Source of the DNA: an uncultured Actinomycetota bacterium
GTDB lineage: Bacteria > Actinomycetota > Actinomycetes > JAHEKZ01
DNA length: 64,000 nt
Direction: 5' to 3'
NCBI GenBank assembly: GCA_963718235.1
Contig: CAVQYR010000002.1
Coordinates: 352,001 to 416,000 of the forward strand
The translations under genes and the position numbers were made by a program. Each line of letters opens with the position of its first letter. Positions within the stretch are counted from its first letter, which is position 1. This document shows positions 20,202 through 30,353 of the stretch, one piece after another. The notes under the pieces are model-generated. The model was given only the letters and a program-made list of their open reading frames with translations. It did not search any database and was not told where the DNA came from.

Positions 20202-22421
20202 GCAGCTGGGCCAACGATCCCGAACTGGTCGCGACCTTCCGCCAAGAGGTGGAGGACCGGCTCGTCTCGCTGTGTGACGGCCTTCTGAAGCTCGAGGGTC
20301 ACCCGCAGCCCCGACAGCTGGTCGCCGCGCTGTTCCGCGACGCCCACACCGTCAAGGGCTCGGCGAGAATGCTGAGCCTGGACGAGGTCGTCGAGGTGGC
20401 TCACCGCTCGGAGGACCTGCTCGGCGCGGTGCGCGACGGCCGGTTCGAGCCGCGCAAGGACCTCGTCGACCTGCTCCTGATGGCAGCTGAGGGGATCCGG
20501 CGTGGTCTCCCCGGCTCCGAGCGCTCGGTGGCCGCGGACGAGCTGGCAGCGCTGGTCTCCGCCCTCGACCAGGCGCTTTCGGGCATGGACCCGGTCGTGG
20601 TCCCGAGACTGCGGCCACTGTCCGACGAGACCGAAGAGGTCGCGATGGTCGAGAGCGGGCGGGTGCGGACGGGTGAGTCCGTGCGCGTACCGGTCCGTCG
20701 GGTCCACGGGCTGCTCGATGTCGTCGGCGAGGCCGAGCTGGAGTCGCGCAAGGTCGAACGCTACGTCCATGAGCTGGCCGGTCTCTCCGGCGAGCACCTG
20801 CGCCTGGCCCGACAGCTGCGTGCGGCCGCGACCGCGAGCAGCTCTCTTCCCCCGGAGCTCGCGCAGGGGGTCCACGCACTGGTCTCGCTGGGCGACCAGC
20901 TCCAGGCCTCGGTGCGTGAGCTGCGGGGCACCGTCGAGGACGAGCAGAACCGTCTCGCCCAGGTCCGTGAGGGAGCCATGGGCCTGGCCATGGTTCCGGT
21001 CCGTCGGGTCGTCACCGTCTTTCCCCAGCTCGTGCGCGAGCTGGCCACCGAGACGGGCAAGGAGGTCCGCCTCGCGCTGGTCGGGGAGGACGTCGAGCTC
21101 GACACCCGGGTGCTCGACGGCGTCGCCGACGCCCTGCGCCACCTCGTCACCAACGCGGTCGACCACGGATGTGAGCCGCCGGCCGAGCGGACCGCGGCTG
21201 GCAAGCCGGCCTCGGCCACGGTGACCGTCTCGGCCAGGGCGTCCGGCTCGACCGTCGTGATCGAGGTCGCCGACGACGGCTACGGCATCGACGAGACGCA
21301 GCTTCGCGCGGCGGCGATCGAACGAGAGCTCCTGGCAAGCGACTCCCTGCTGTCGGGCCAGCAGCTGCTCCAGGTGCTCTTCCACCCGGGGTTCTCCACC
21401 CGGGAGGAGGTCACGCAGACCTCCGGACGCGGGGTCGGCCTCGACGTCGTCCTCACCGCGGTGGAGGAGCTCGGTGGCACGATCGAGGTCGAGACCCAGC
21501 CAGGGACGGGCACGTCGTTCATCATGACCCTCCCAGTGACGTTGGGTGTCATGCGCTGCCTGGTCGCACGCCTGGGTGAGGAGCGCTACGCCGTACCCGT
21601 CACCAACGTCGTCGAGACGCTGAGCCTGACCGACGTGGCGATGTCGACGGTCGCCGGAGCGCCCGTCCTCGTCCGGCACGGGACCACGGTGCCGCTCGCC
21701 GACCTGGGCCGGGCCCTGGGGGTGCCCGGCGAGCGTGAGACCCGGGTCGGCGTCGTGGTGCGCTACGGCGGTGCCGGCGAGCAGCTCGCCTGGGCCGTCG
21801 ACGCCCTGGAGGGCGAGCTCGAGCTCGTCGTGAAGGACCTGGGTCGCTTTCTCGGCCGCCCACCGTTCATCGGTGGCGGGACGATCGACAGCGACGGCAG
21901 CGTGATGCTGCTGCTCGACATCCGCGAGCTCGCAGTGGAGCAGCTCACCCATGGCACGCCCACTCGACCTGGCCCGACCGGTCCCTCGGGCGACGGCATC
22001 GACCGAGGACGCGCCACCGGCACGGTCGACGGCGACCGGCGGGACCGCCAGGAAGGCCCGGGTGCTCGTCGTCGAGGACTCCGTGGGGGTCCGGGAGCTC
22101 CAGCGCGTGATCCTCGAGGGAGCCGGCTACGACGTCGTGACCGCCGTCGACGGAACCGACGGGGCGGCCCGGCTGACCGGAGACCCGGTCGACCTCGTGC
22201 TCTCCGACGTGGAGATGCCGGGCATGGACGGCTTCACCCTCACCCGGGCCATCCGGCGCAGCCGAAGCTGGCAGAACGTACCGGTCGTCATCATGACCTC
22301 CCGGGGCGACGAGGCGGACCAGCGCGCGGGCATGGACGCCGGCGCCAACGCCTACCTGCTGAAGAGCGAGTTCGACCAGTCAGAGCTCGTGGACACCGTC
22401 CGTCGGCTGGTCGGCAGGTAG
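20198..22421 (+). CDS. cheA: hybrid CheA (Hpt-dimerisation-HATPase-CheW-REC) with an apparent single-base frameshift near 21960
   Basis: RDAHTVKGS Hpt, [24 protein letters not shown]; REC domain (VLVVEDS...[10 protein letters not shown]...YLLK) lies in the 21951-22421 frame; removing one C at 21959-21961 joins them. Confidence 0.85.
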
Positions 22422-22438
22422 TCCGAAACGACCATCTC

Positions 22439-22478
22439 GGGCCGGTCGGCTCAGGTCCCGGCCCGGTCGGGCCGAAGC
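22439..22478 (+). promoter_or_regulatory. degenerate copy of the motif plus sigma28-like promoter upstream of the response regulator
   Basis: GGGCCGGTCGGCTCAG; CTCA(22450)-N17-GCCGAA(22471). Confidence 0.55.
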
Positions 22479-22507
22479 ATCCTGGAGACAACGAGAAAGG
22501 GCACCTG

Positions 22508-23467
22508 ATGCCGACCGTGGTGATTGCCGACGACAGCCCGGTAGTACGTTCGATCGTGCGGAAAGTGCTCGCGACCGAGGGGTTCGACGTCGTCGAGGCC
22601 GAGGACGGTGTTCTTGCCGTGCAAGCCGTCTTCCGCACCATGCCCGATGCGATCGTGCTCGACGTGCAGATGCCACGGGTGTCCGGCTATGTCACGGCCC
22701 GCCTGCTCAAGGACGACTGGCGGACCGCTGACATCCCGGTCCTGCTCCTGACCTCGCTGGACGCCGCCTCCGACCGCTACTGGGGAGACCGGGTCGGGGC
22801 CGAGCGGTTCCTCACCAAGGACTTCGAGGCCCCCGAGCTCGTCGCGGCGGTGCATGAGGTGCTCGAGAGTGCCGACGCGGCCCGTGGTGGTCGCCCGCCC
22901 CTGCGCCCTGAGCCGGTCGAGATGACCGATGACGACGTGTTCGGCAGCGTCAGCGACATCCTGGACCGCAAGCTGTTCGAGTCATCAATCGCCTCAGAGG
23001 TGATGGGCATCGCTGCGGATGCGAACGGCTTCGAGGCAACGATCGCGCAGGTGCTCGAGGTGCTGAGTCGGGTGGTCGACTACGACCTGGCCGCGGTCTT
23101 GATGCTGGACGACCGGTCGACCTACATCCGGGTGGCGCGCGAGACCTCCCACCAGCAGTACGCGGAGTTCTTCGACGCCGTCGCCGATGCCGTCTCCGAC
23201 TCCACCGGGCAGCGCGTCGCGCCGTCCGACCTGCAGGCGAGAGTGGCCGACCCGGACCGCAACCTGGGCGCCGACGACGAGGGAGAGATGGCAACGTTCT
23301 TGTCGATGCCGCTGAAGTCCGCGGGTGGGATGGTCGGTCTTCTGGCCCTGTCGAGTGCGAGCACGAACGCCTTCGGTGAGACGTCGCTGAACACGCTTCG
23401 GCTGGTCAGCTCGCCGGCGGGCATCGTGGTGGCGAACGCTCGGTATGCAGGGGCACAGGTTCTCTGA
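22508..23467 (+). CDS. response regulator: N-terminal REC, C-terminal GAF-like domain
   Basis: IADDS...LDVQMP...LLTS...FLTK; FLSMPL...VGLLALSS...AF GAF-type tail; own RBS (GAAAGG) before ATG 22508. Confidence 0.85.
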   Translation: MPTVVIADDSPVVRSIVRKVLATEGFDVVEAEDGVLAVQAVFRTMPDAIVLDVQMPRVSGYVTARLLKDDWRTADIPVLLLTSLDAASDRYWGDRVGAERFLTKDFEAPELVAAVHEVLESADAARGGRPPLRPEPVEMTDDDVFGSVSDILDRKLFESSIASEVMGIAADANGFEATIAQVLEVLSRVVDYDLAAVLMLDDRSTYIRVARETSHQQYAEFFDAVADAVSDSTGQRVAPSDLQARVADPDRNLGADDEGEMATFLSMPLKSAGGMVGLLALSSASTNAFGETSLNTLRLVSSPAGIVVANARYAGAQVL

Positions 23468-23519
23468 GGGCGCCCGGCGCCCCTGAGCGTCCTGCATGGT
23501 ACGCAGGTAGGGTCGCGCC

Positions 23520-24051
23520 GTGAGCAACAGCGGAGACACCACGAGACGACGACTTCCGCGAGGTCGTGAGCCGGTTCGCCACGGGGATCACCGTGGTGAC
23601 GTGCGTCGACGCGGCCGGGGTGGACCACGCCATGACAGCCAGCTCGTTCGTCCCGCTCTCGCTCGACCCCTTGCTCGTCTCGGTGTGCGTGGAGGGCGAC
23701 TCGAGGTTCCATGCGGCGCTGGCGAGCACCGACCACTGGGCCGTGTCCATTCTCGCGTCGACCAGCGAGGACGCCGCGCGATGGTTCGCCACTCGCGGAC
23801 GACCGCTGGCCGGGCAGCTGGAACGGACGACGTACCACCGCGGGCAGCACAGCGGCGCGGCCGTCCTCGACGACGCGCTGGCCGGCCTCGAGTGCGCGAC
23901 CTGGGCCACCTACAACGGCGGGGACCACGACATCGTCGTCGGCCAGGTGATGGGCCTGGAGCTGCTGCGCGAGGAGTCCGAGCCGCTGGTCTACTTCCGT
24001 CGAGGGTTCCGACGGTTGGTCGATCCCGGAATCCAGCCACCTGTCGCCTAG
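23520..24051 (+). CDS. flavin reductase (DIM6/NTAB family); probable single-base frameshift in the first codons
   Basis: FREVVSRFATGITVVT, SLDPLL, GGDHDIVVG, PLVY; in-frame start only at 23566, GTG 23520 follows a TAGGGT -10 box. Confidence 0.85.
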
Positions 24052-24090
24052 GCTGGGGGAGCCCCGTCTCGCCCAGTCGTTCGGATCCCT

Positions 24091-25920
24091 GTGAACTCAG
24101 TGCACCACGCCCGCCCGCAACCCGACCCCGAGCACCACCACGCTCGCCCGAGGCGCTGGGTGCGCCCCGCCCTCCTCGTCGCCGGTGCCGCGGTGGCACT
24201 GTGCGCCGTCGGCTACGTGGTCGCCTGGACGATGGTCGGCTCCGACATCCCGCGTGGGGTCACCGTCGCAGACGTTCCGATCGGCGGGCTGTCCCCGGCG
24301 GCCGCCGAGGACCGGCTGGTGGAGGAGCTCGGACCACGATCGACCACGGTGCAGGTGAGTGTCCAGGGCGACGACGTCACGGTCGAGGCCCAGCAGGTGG
24401 GTCTGGCCTTCGACCCTTCCGGCACGGTCGCCGCTGCCGGCGAACGAAGCCTGAACCCGTTCCGGCTCGTCCCGCAGCTGTTCGGTCGGGAGGTGGCCCC
24501 TCGGCTCGTCGTCGACGACGCCTCGCTCGACCGGGCGGTCGACCGCCTGGCCCGATCCGTCGACGACGACCCGCGCCAGGGTGGGGTTCGCTACGACGGG
24601 CTCGACATCGTGGCCGTCGTTCCCCGATCCGGAGTCGCCCTGGACCAGGAGGCGGCTCGGGAGGACATCCTCGCCGGCTACATCGTGACCGACGGACCGA
24701 TCGACCTGCCCATGGTGACCGTCGAGCCGGCTGTGACCGCCGAGGAGGTCGCCCGGGTGGCCCAGGGCCCCGCCGTGGAGGCCATCAGCGCGCCCGTGAC
24801 TCTGACCGTGGCGCGCGAGGAGCTCGTGGTCAGTCCCGCGCTGATCGCCCGCACGCTGGCGTTCGTGCCCCAGGGGGGTGCTCTGGTGCCGAAGGTCGAC
24901 GGCGCCGCCGTCCACGAGGCGTTGGCCAAGGACCTCGCCCCGGCGGAGAAGCCGGCGGTCGACGCCACGTTCGAGATCAGCAAGGGCCGCCCCGAGGTCG
25001 TGCCGTCCCGCGACGGCGAGGGGGTCGACGACGCGGAGATCGCCCGCGTCCTGGCGGCGGCGGCACTGCCCGAGCCGGGCGGCGCGCGCGAGGGCGAGCT
25101 GACCTTGTCCCCCCAGCCCGCCTCGCTGACCACCAAGGAGGCCCGTGGGCTCGGTGTGAAGCGCGTGATCTCCTCGTACACGCAGTACTTCCCTTATGCG
25201 GCCTACCGGGTCACGAACATCGGCATCGCGGCGCAGAAGATCAACGGCACGGTGCTGAAGCCGGGCGACGTGTTCTCGCTGAACGGGATCGTCGGTGAGC
25301 GAACGCCGGAGAACGGCTTCGTCAAGGGGTACGTGATCGCCAGCGGCAACCGGCTCGTCGAGGACTACGGCGGCGCCGTCTCGACGATCACGACCGCCAC
25401 CTGGCACACCGCCTTCTACGCCGGGATGACCAGGCTCGAGCAGCGGGCGCACGGGTACTGGATCTCGAGGTACACCGCAGGACTGGAGGCGACGGTCTCG
25501 TGGGGCTACCTCGACCTGAGGTTCCGCAACGACACGCCCCACGGCGTGCTCATGACGGCGAGTGTCACCGACTCGAGTGTCACGGTGACGATGTGGAGCA
25601 CCAAGTACTGGGACATCGACGCCGAGTTCGGGCCGCGCACGAACGTGGTCGGCCACGGAACCGTCTACGACACTGGTTCGGAGTGTGTGGCGCAGGACGG
25701 CGTCGACGGGTTCGACATCGTGGTGACCCGGGTATGGAGCCGCGACGGCACCGTCGAGCGGCGCGAGCCGCTGAAGACCCACTACGCCCCGGCGCCTACG
25801 GTGAACTGCTCGGCGCCTCCCGGTCCCAAGCCGAGCGACAAGCCGACGCCCAAACCCAGTGACAAGCCGACGCCCAAACCCAGTGACAAGCCGACGCCGA
25901 AGCCTTCGCCCTCTCAGTAG
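24091..25920 (+). CDS. VanW-family membrane protein with peptidoglycan-binding domains
   Basis: N-terminal TM; RVTNI...GTVLKPGDVFSLNGIVGERT...ATVSWGYLDLRFRN VanW motifs. Confidence 0.9.
   Translation: MNSVHHARPQPDPEHHHARPRRWVRPALLVAGAAVALCAVGYVVAWTMVGSDIPRGVTVADVPIGGLSPAAAEDRLVEELGPRSTTVQVSVQGDDVTVEAQQVGLAFDPSGTVAAAGERSLNPFRLVPQLFGREVAPRLVVDDASLDRAVDRLARSVDDDPRQGGVRYDGLDIVAVVPRSGVALDQEAAREDILAGYIVTDGPIDLPMVTVEPAVTAEEVARVAQGPAVEAISAPVTLTVAREELVVSPALIARTLAFVPQGGALVPKVDGAAVHEALAKDLAPAEKPAVDATFEISKGRPEVVPSRDGEGVDDAEIARVLAAAALPEPGGAREGELTLSPQPASLTTKEARGLGVKRVISSYTQYFPYAAYRVTNIGIAAQKINGTVLKPGDVFSLNGIVGERTPENGFVKGYVIASGNRLVEDYGGAVSTITTATWHTAFYAGMTRLEQRAHGYWISRYTAGLEATVSWGYLDLRFRNDTPHGVLMTASVTDSSVTVTMWSTKYWDIDAEFGPRTNVVGHGTVYDTGSECVAQDGVDGFDIVVTRVWSRDGTVERREPLKTHYAPAPTVNCSAPPGPKPSDKPTPKPSDKPTPKPSDKPTPKPSPSQ
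25825..25908 (+). repeat. 24-bp coding tandem repeat (PKPSDKPT x3)
   Basis: cccaa(g/a)cc(g/c)ag(c/t)gacaagccgacg three times plus a partial unit. Confidence 0.9.
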
Positions 25921-26055
25921 TGTCGGTTCGACGGTCGTCTCCCATCGACCTTGCGATCCTGGTGCCGTACGTGACGTGCCGCGGCAACCTCGGCTTCGAG
26001 GTCACCGATCCGCCGTTTCGGCGCGGGCCCGGACAGGGCGAGCTACGGTGCACGG

Positions 26056-26592
26056 ATGACCGAACGAGAGGTCCGGACGCTGGACCCGATAGCTGAGACC
26101 CCGGAGGTGGGTCGGTGGCTGTCTGCCATGGAGGACGCGCGCCGCGACACCCTGCGTGAACTGGTAGGGGTGTCAGACGACTTGATCGATCTCCGCCCCC
26201 CGGGCAGCGAGAACAGCGTCGGAACGGTGCTCTACCACGTTGCACTCATCGAGGCGGACTGGTTGTTCGATGACCTCTTCGGCATCCCGCTGGACGACTC
26301 GGAGGTCGCGGCGTGGTTCCCCGAGGACGACCGTGACCCCGGGGGCCAACTCACCGACGTTCAAGGCGAATCACTGGACCTGCACCTGCGGCGGCTGGCG
26401 GCTGTTCGTGAGCTCTTGATCGAGCGGCTCTGGCCGATGTCGGTCGCCGACTTCCATGCGCCACGCACCCGTGACCAGTACGACGTCTCGCCGGCGTGGG
26501 TGATTCACCACTTGCTCCAACATGAGGCTGAGCATCGCGGCGAGATCGGATGGCTCAAGAGGCACCTGGCGCCGGCATCCGGAGAGCGATGA
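26056..26592 (+). CDS. DinB family protein
   Basis: NSVGTVLYHVA..E..W and HLLQHEAEHRG metal-binding pattern. Confidence 0.85.
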   Translation: MTEREVRTLDPIAETPEVGRWLSAMEDARRDTLRELVGVSDDLIDLRPPGSENSVGTVLYHVALIEADWLFDDLFGIPLDDSEVAAWFPEDDRDPGGQLTDVQGESLDLHLRRLAAVRELLIERLWPMSVADFHAPRTRDQYDVSPAWVIHHLLQHEAEHRGEIGWLKRHLAPASGER

Positions 26593-27081
26593 CAGTCGGC
26601 CGCGGCTAGGAGTCGGTCGATGGGAGAACCTGCCACACGCCGCTCCCTCTCTCACGCCATCGACGGGGACACCGAGTTGGCCTACCAGGGCCACCTGTGA
26701 CAGGTGCTCCCCGAACCGGCGCCACCCACGAGCACCACATCTGGGACGTGGCTCGACTGTGGGACTGGATCGCCGATCAGACGGACCCAGTGACGTTCTA
26801 ATGCGGTGGCTCACGCAGCTTCTGCAAGTTCGTTGCCCCGTTCGACGGCATCTACGTGCTCCAGATCGACATCACCTTGACCCAGCGCCTGGACTGACGG
26901 CCAGTGGACGATTGGGGTGGCAGACCGGCGGAACGGGAACTCATCGTGCGCCTGCACCGAACGCAGGAGGACGGCCCAGGGGAGGCCATCGTCATCGACG
27001 TAGAACGGCACCAAGGCGCTCGGCGAGCAGCGTCTGATCGGACGTGAACAGATTGGCACGTTTGGGCGGTCGGTGGCTGAC

Positions 27082-28071
27082 TCAGCCGGCGCCGCACGAG
27101 ACCAGGATCTTGCCTGAACGCCCGCCGCGTGCGGCGTGCGCTACTGCCTCCTTGAGTCTGCTCAGCGGGTAGACCTCCTCGACCTCGACGGCGAGGGCAC
27201 CGTCGGCGAGCTTTGACGCCAGCATCCGGTACAACGTCGCGATCTCATCCGGCGGCGTCTCCGCGAACCAGCGGCGCAGCCAGAAGCCGGTCAAGGTCAC
27301 GCCACGGAAGATCAACTCGCGCCCGTCGATCATCGAGGACTCGCCACTCAGGACGCCGTAGTTCACCACGGTGCCGCCATCGGTCAGGCAATGCGCCAGG
27401 CGCTGGGTGGCCGCCCCACCGACCGCGTCGAGGGCGAGCGGCACGACGCCGTCGCCGATCGCATCGCGGACGCGGGCAGCCAGTTCTGGGCCATCGAGGA
27501 CGACGACGTCAGTCCCCGCATCGCGCAGTGGCTCGATCAGTTGCGGCCGGCGGACCACGCTGATGGTCCTCATACCGATCTCGCGGGCGAGCTCGACGAC
27601 GAGGCGCCCGACTCCGGAGTTCGCGGCGTTCTGCACCACCCAGTGACCGGGCTCGGGAGCGACGTACTGGTGCAGCAGTAGATATGCGGTGGGCGGGTTG
27701 ACCCTCAGCATGGCGAGCTGGCGAGGGTCGACCCCGGCGGGCAGCGCAAACAGGGAGGCGGCGTTACCGACCACCCGATCCCGCCAGGTGCCGGGACCGG
27801 GCAGCAACACCCGATCGCCGGGCTCCAGGTGCGTCACGCCCGGGCCGACCATCGCTACCAGCCCGACCCCTTCTGTGCCGACGACCATCGGAAGGTCCGG
27901 CGGCGTCGCGCCGTAGTTCCCTGCCACGTTCTCCAGGTCAGCCGGATTGACCGGGAACAGCTCCGCCTCGATCAGCACCTCACCGGCACCAGGTTCGCCC
28001 GGATCGGGCTGCTCGACGAGCTCGATCACCTCGTCGGCTCGGCCAAACCTCGACAACTGAGCAACCAGCAC
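27082..28071 (-). CDS. MDR superfamily 2-enoyl thioester reductase-like NADPH oxidoreductase
   Basis: VNPAD, GTEGVG, VNPPTAY, QNAANSGVG, YGVLSG, GFWL, GKIL. Confidence 0.9.
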   Translation of the reverse strand: MLVAQLSRFGRADEVIELVEQPDPGEPGAGEVLIEAELFPVNPADLENVAGNYGATPPDLPMVVGTEGVGLVAMVGPGVTHLEPGDRVLLPGPGTWRDRVVGNAASLFALPAGVDPRQLAMLRVNPPTAYLLLHQYVAPEPGHWVVQNAANSGVGRLVVELAREIGMRTISVVRRPQLIEPLRDAGTDVVVLDGPELAARVRDAIGDGVVPLALDAVGGAATQRLAHCLTDGGTVVNYGVLSGESSMIDGRELIFRGVTLTGFWLRRWFAETPPDEIATLYRMLASKLADGALAVEVEEVYPLSRLKEAVAHAARGGRSGKILVSCGAG

Positions 28072-28126
28072 GGCTATCTCCCTCGAAACCGGCCCGCACG
28101 GACAGGCTCGATCATGCCCCGGCGGT

Positions 28127-28543
28127 CTAGCGAGCGGAGTCCTCAGGTTCCGAAGCGCGGCCCGTGACCGCAGTCAGGTCGGCGATCTCCCATGCTTCGG
28201 CGACCTTCCCGTCGCGGAGGTGGGTGATCACTGCCTGGTCAATGCGGAATCGGCGTCCGGTGGCCTCAACGCCGCCGAAGCCCGCCGCCAAGGTGCCGGT
28301 GACCACGACGCGAGCCATCTCAACGTCTCCGTCGACGAGGACCTCCTGAACATCGTGGAGTAAGTCTGGAACCGCTGCCCTGGCCTCCTTCCAGACCGCC
28401 TTCTCCGCTGCTGCGCTGGTCGTCGACAGGCCGCCGGGGGCGTGGACAGTCACGTCAGAGTGGAGCAGTTCGTCGAACACGTCGAGCTGTCCAGCGTCGC
28501 CAGCGGCGAGCCACTGGGCGACGACGCTGCTCTTCCGGTCCAT
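28127..28543 (-). CDS. SnoaL-like ester cyclase family protein
   Basis: AVPDL...DGD...TGT...GVEATGRR...DGKVAEAW pattern. Confidence 0.8.
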   Translation of the reverse strand: MDRKSSVVAQWLAAGDAGQLDVFDELLHSDVTVHAPGGLSTTSAAAEKAVWKEARAAVPDLLHDVQEVLVDGDVEMARVVVTGTLAAGFGGVEATGRRFRIDQAVITHLRDGKVAEAWEIADLTAVTGRASEPEDSAR

Positions 28544-28594
28544 GCAGACAGCATCGGGTCAGACGGCTCGTCATCGCAAGAGCGACCGCGAACG

Positions 28595-30033
28595 GTTCCC
28601 CTCTGTGTCAAGAAGCTGCTTTCGTGGGGCGTCTGGTCGGCGTAGCCTCGGCGGTGAACCCGGGTTGTGGCTTGTCCGAAGTGTTGGCTTTGGGGATCTG
28701 GTCAACCGCGCTGGCTGTGAGTGTCGCCCCCATCTGCCCTCCCGGGTTCGTCCTTGCCTGGTCCTCGAGCAAGACGCGGAAGACGACGTCGGACAGCTGC
28801 CGTTTCAGGCTGCGTAGCGCGCCCATGTGGCCCTTCTGCGGCGGCGAGCTTGCGCTCGTAGTAGGCGCGCCCGCGGGGGTCGTGGCGCTTGTTGGCCATC
28901 GCGGCGATGTGCAGCGCGGAGTTCAGCCTGCGGTTGCCGGCCCGGGAGAGTCGGTGTCGGACGATCTCACCGCTCGATGCCTCGATCGGTGCGGTTCCGG
29001 TGTAGGTGGCGAAGTTGTCTGCGGTGGCGAACCGGGCCACGTTGCCGACCTCGCCGATGATGGTCGCTGCGGTGACCGCGGCGACCCCGACGATGTCGGT
29101 CAGGTGCGTCCCGGTCGCAGCGACGGCATCGCTCGAGCCGAGCCTCCATGGATTTGATCTTGCGGTCCAGGACGACGACATCGTCGATGAGGTCGACCGC
29201 GAGCTGACGTCGGGCCTTGCCGACGGCATCACGCGGGCGCACGGTCGCGACCAACGCCTTGGCCTGGGCAACGCTGAGCGCCTTGGGAGCCCCGGAAGCA
29301 ATGAGCTGCATAAAGATCTGGTGCAGCCGGTTCACCGCTTGAGTCCGTGACCGGACCAGGTCGCGGCGGCGCTCGGACATCAACTTCAACGCGACCGTCT
29401 CGTCATCGAGGCTGACTTCCCGCAGCCCCGGGCTGCGCAGTCCGACCACAGCGACGGCATGCGCGTCAGCGGGGTCGTTCTTGCGACCATGGCCCGTGTC
29501 CATGGCACGGACCCGCGTCGACAGCTTCGCCGGGACGTCGAGGACCCGCTCACCATCGGAGACCAGGCGCTGCGCGAGATGCAGACCGACACCGGTCGCG
29601 CCCTCGATCACCCAGAACCGGTCCGGCCACTTCCTCGCCAGCGCACGCATCTCCCGATACCCGACCGTGGAGTTGTCGAACCGCCCCGTGGCCAACGTCT
29701 TCTCCGAAGCGTTGATCACCTCGATCGTGTTCGACCGCTTCGCCGGATCCACACCGATCAGCACTGCACCCATCCCGCGCTCCACTCATCGAAGGAGAGA
29801 CGGGAGGGCATGCCTACCTCGGGCGACGCAGACCCCTCTTGAGCCACTTCCCGTCCACGATGGCCGGCAGGACGCACTCCGCTCTAGAGCCACACGAATC
29901 ACCCCGCGAGCAGGCACTTCGAGAGCGACCCGCCGACCACCTGACCCCCAGCCTGGCCGGGCCGGGAGCTGACCGCAGTCAACAGGTAGGCACATCGCGT
30001 TCGCCCTCAGGGGAGGCCAGGTACCAAGCGTTC
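28595..30033 (-). mobile_element. IS110-family insertion sequence (ends inferred)
   Basis: DEDD transposase, ~255-bp non-coding 5' end, no terminal inverted repeats seen; GTTC at both proposed ends. Confidence 0.7.
28608..29773 (-). pseudogene. IS110 transposase/recombinase split over three frames (shifts near 29135 and 28840)
   Basis: IGVD, IEG, KNDPADA (DEDD); GTAPIEASSG...RAGNRRLN C-terminal domain; ALRSLKRQLS tail; the shifts may be assembly errors. Confidence 0.85.
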
Positions 30034-30074
30034 AGGGAAGCGCGCCAGCAGCGTGGTGGCCGTAGATTCCCAGG

Positions 30075-30332
30075 ATGGGTCCGGAATGGGAGCAAGTGGT
30101 CGTGGACGCCGCTGACCCGGTGATGTTGGGCCGGTGGTGGGCTAGCGCTCTCGGATGGGTCGTGCTGAATGACGCGCCGGATGAGTTCGAGATACGGCCG
30201 ACGGCGGATCGGCTGCCCGGCCTGATCTTCGAACCAGTTGGAGAGGCGAAGGGCGGCAAGAACCGGCTCCACTTGGACTTTCGGCCTGACGATCAGCAGG
30301 CCGAAGTCGCGCGCCTCCTGGGCCTCGTCTGA
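30075..30332 (+). pseudogene. VOC/glyoxalase family protein, C-terminally truncated
   Basis: VVVDAADP...WWASALGW...KNRLHLD present; the usual terminal DPEGNEFC strand is absent; composition changes at the stop. Confidence 0.7.
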
Positions 30333-30353
30333 GCCATGACAATGACGAGCCCT

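Noticed and set aside
20198-23467. 1089-aa CheA fusion given by the ORF track
   Set aside because: The middle part is off-frame text over a clear REC domain, and the last part has its own promoter and RBS; annotated as two genes.
25825-25908. PKPSDKPT tandem repeat as a novel element
   Set aside because: Ordinary Pro-rich tail of an envelope protein.
26593-27081. ~490-bp gap with short ORFs between dinB and the MDR gene
   Set aside because: No recognisable protein or RNA motif; possibly a decayed gene remnant but unsupported.
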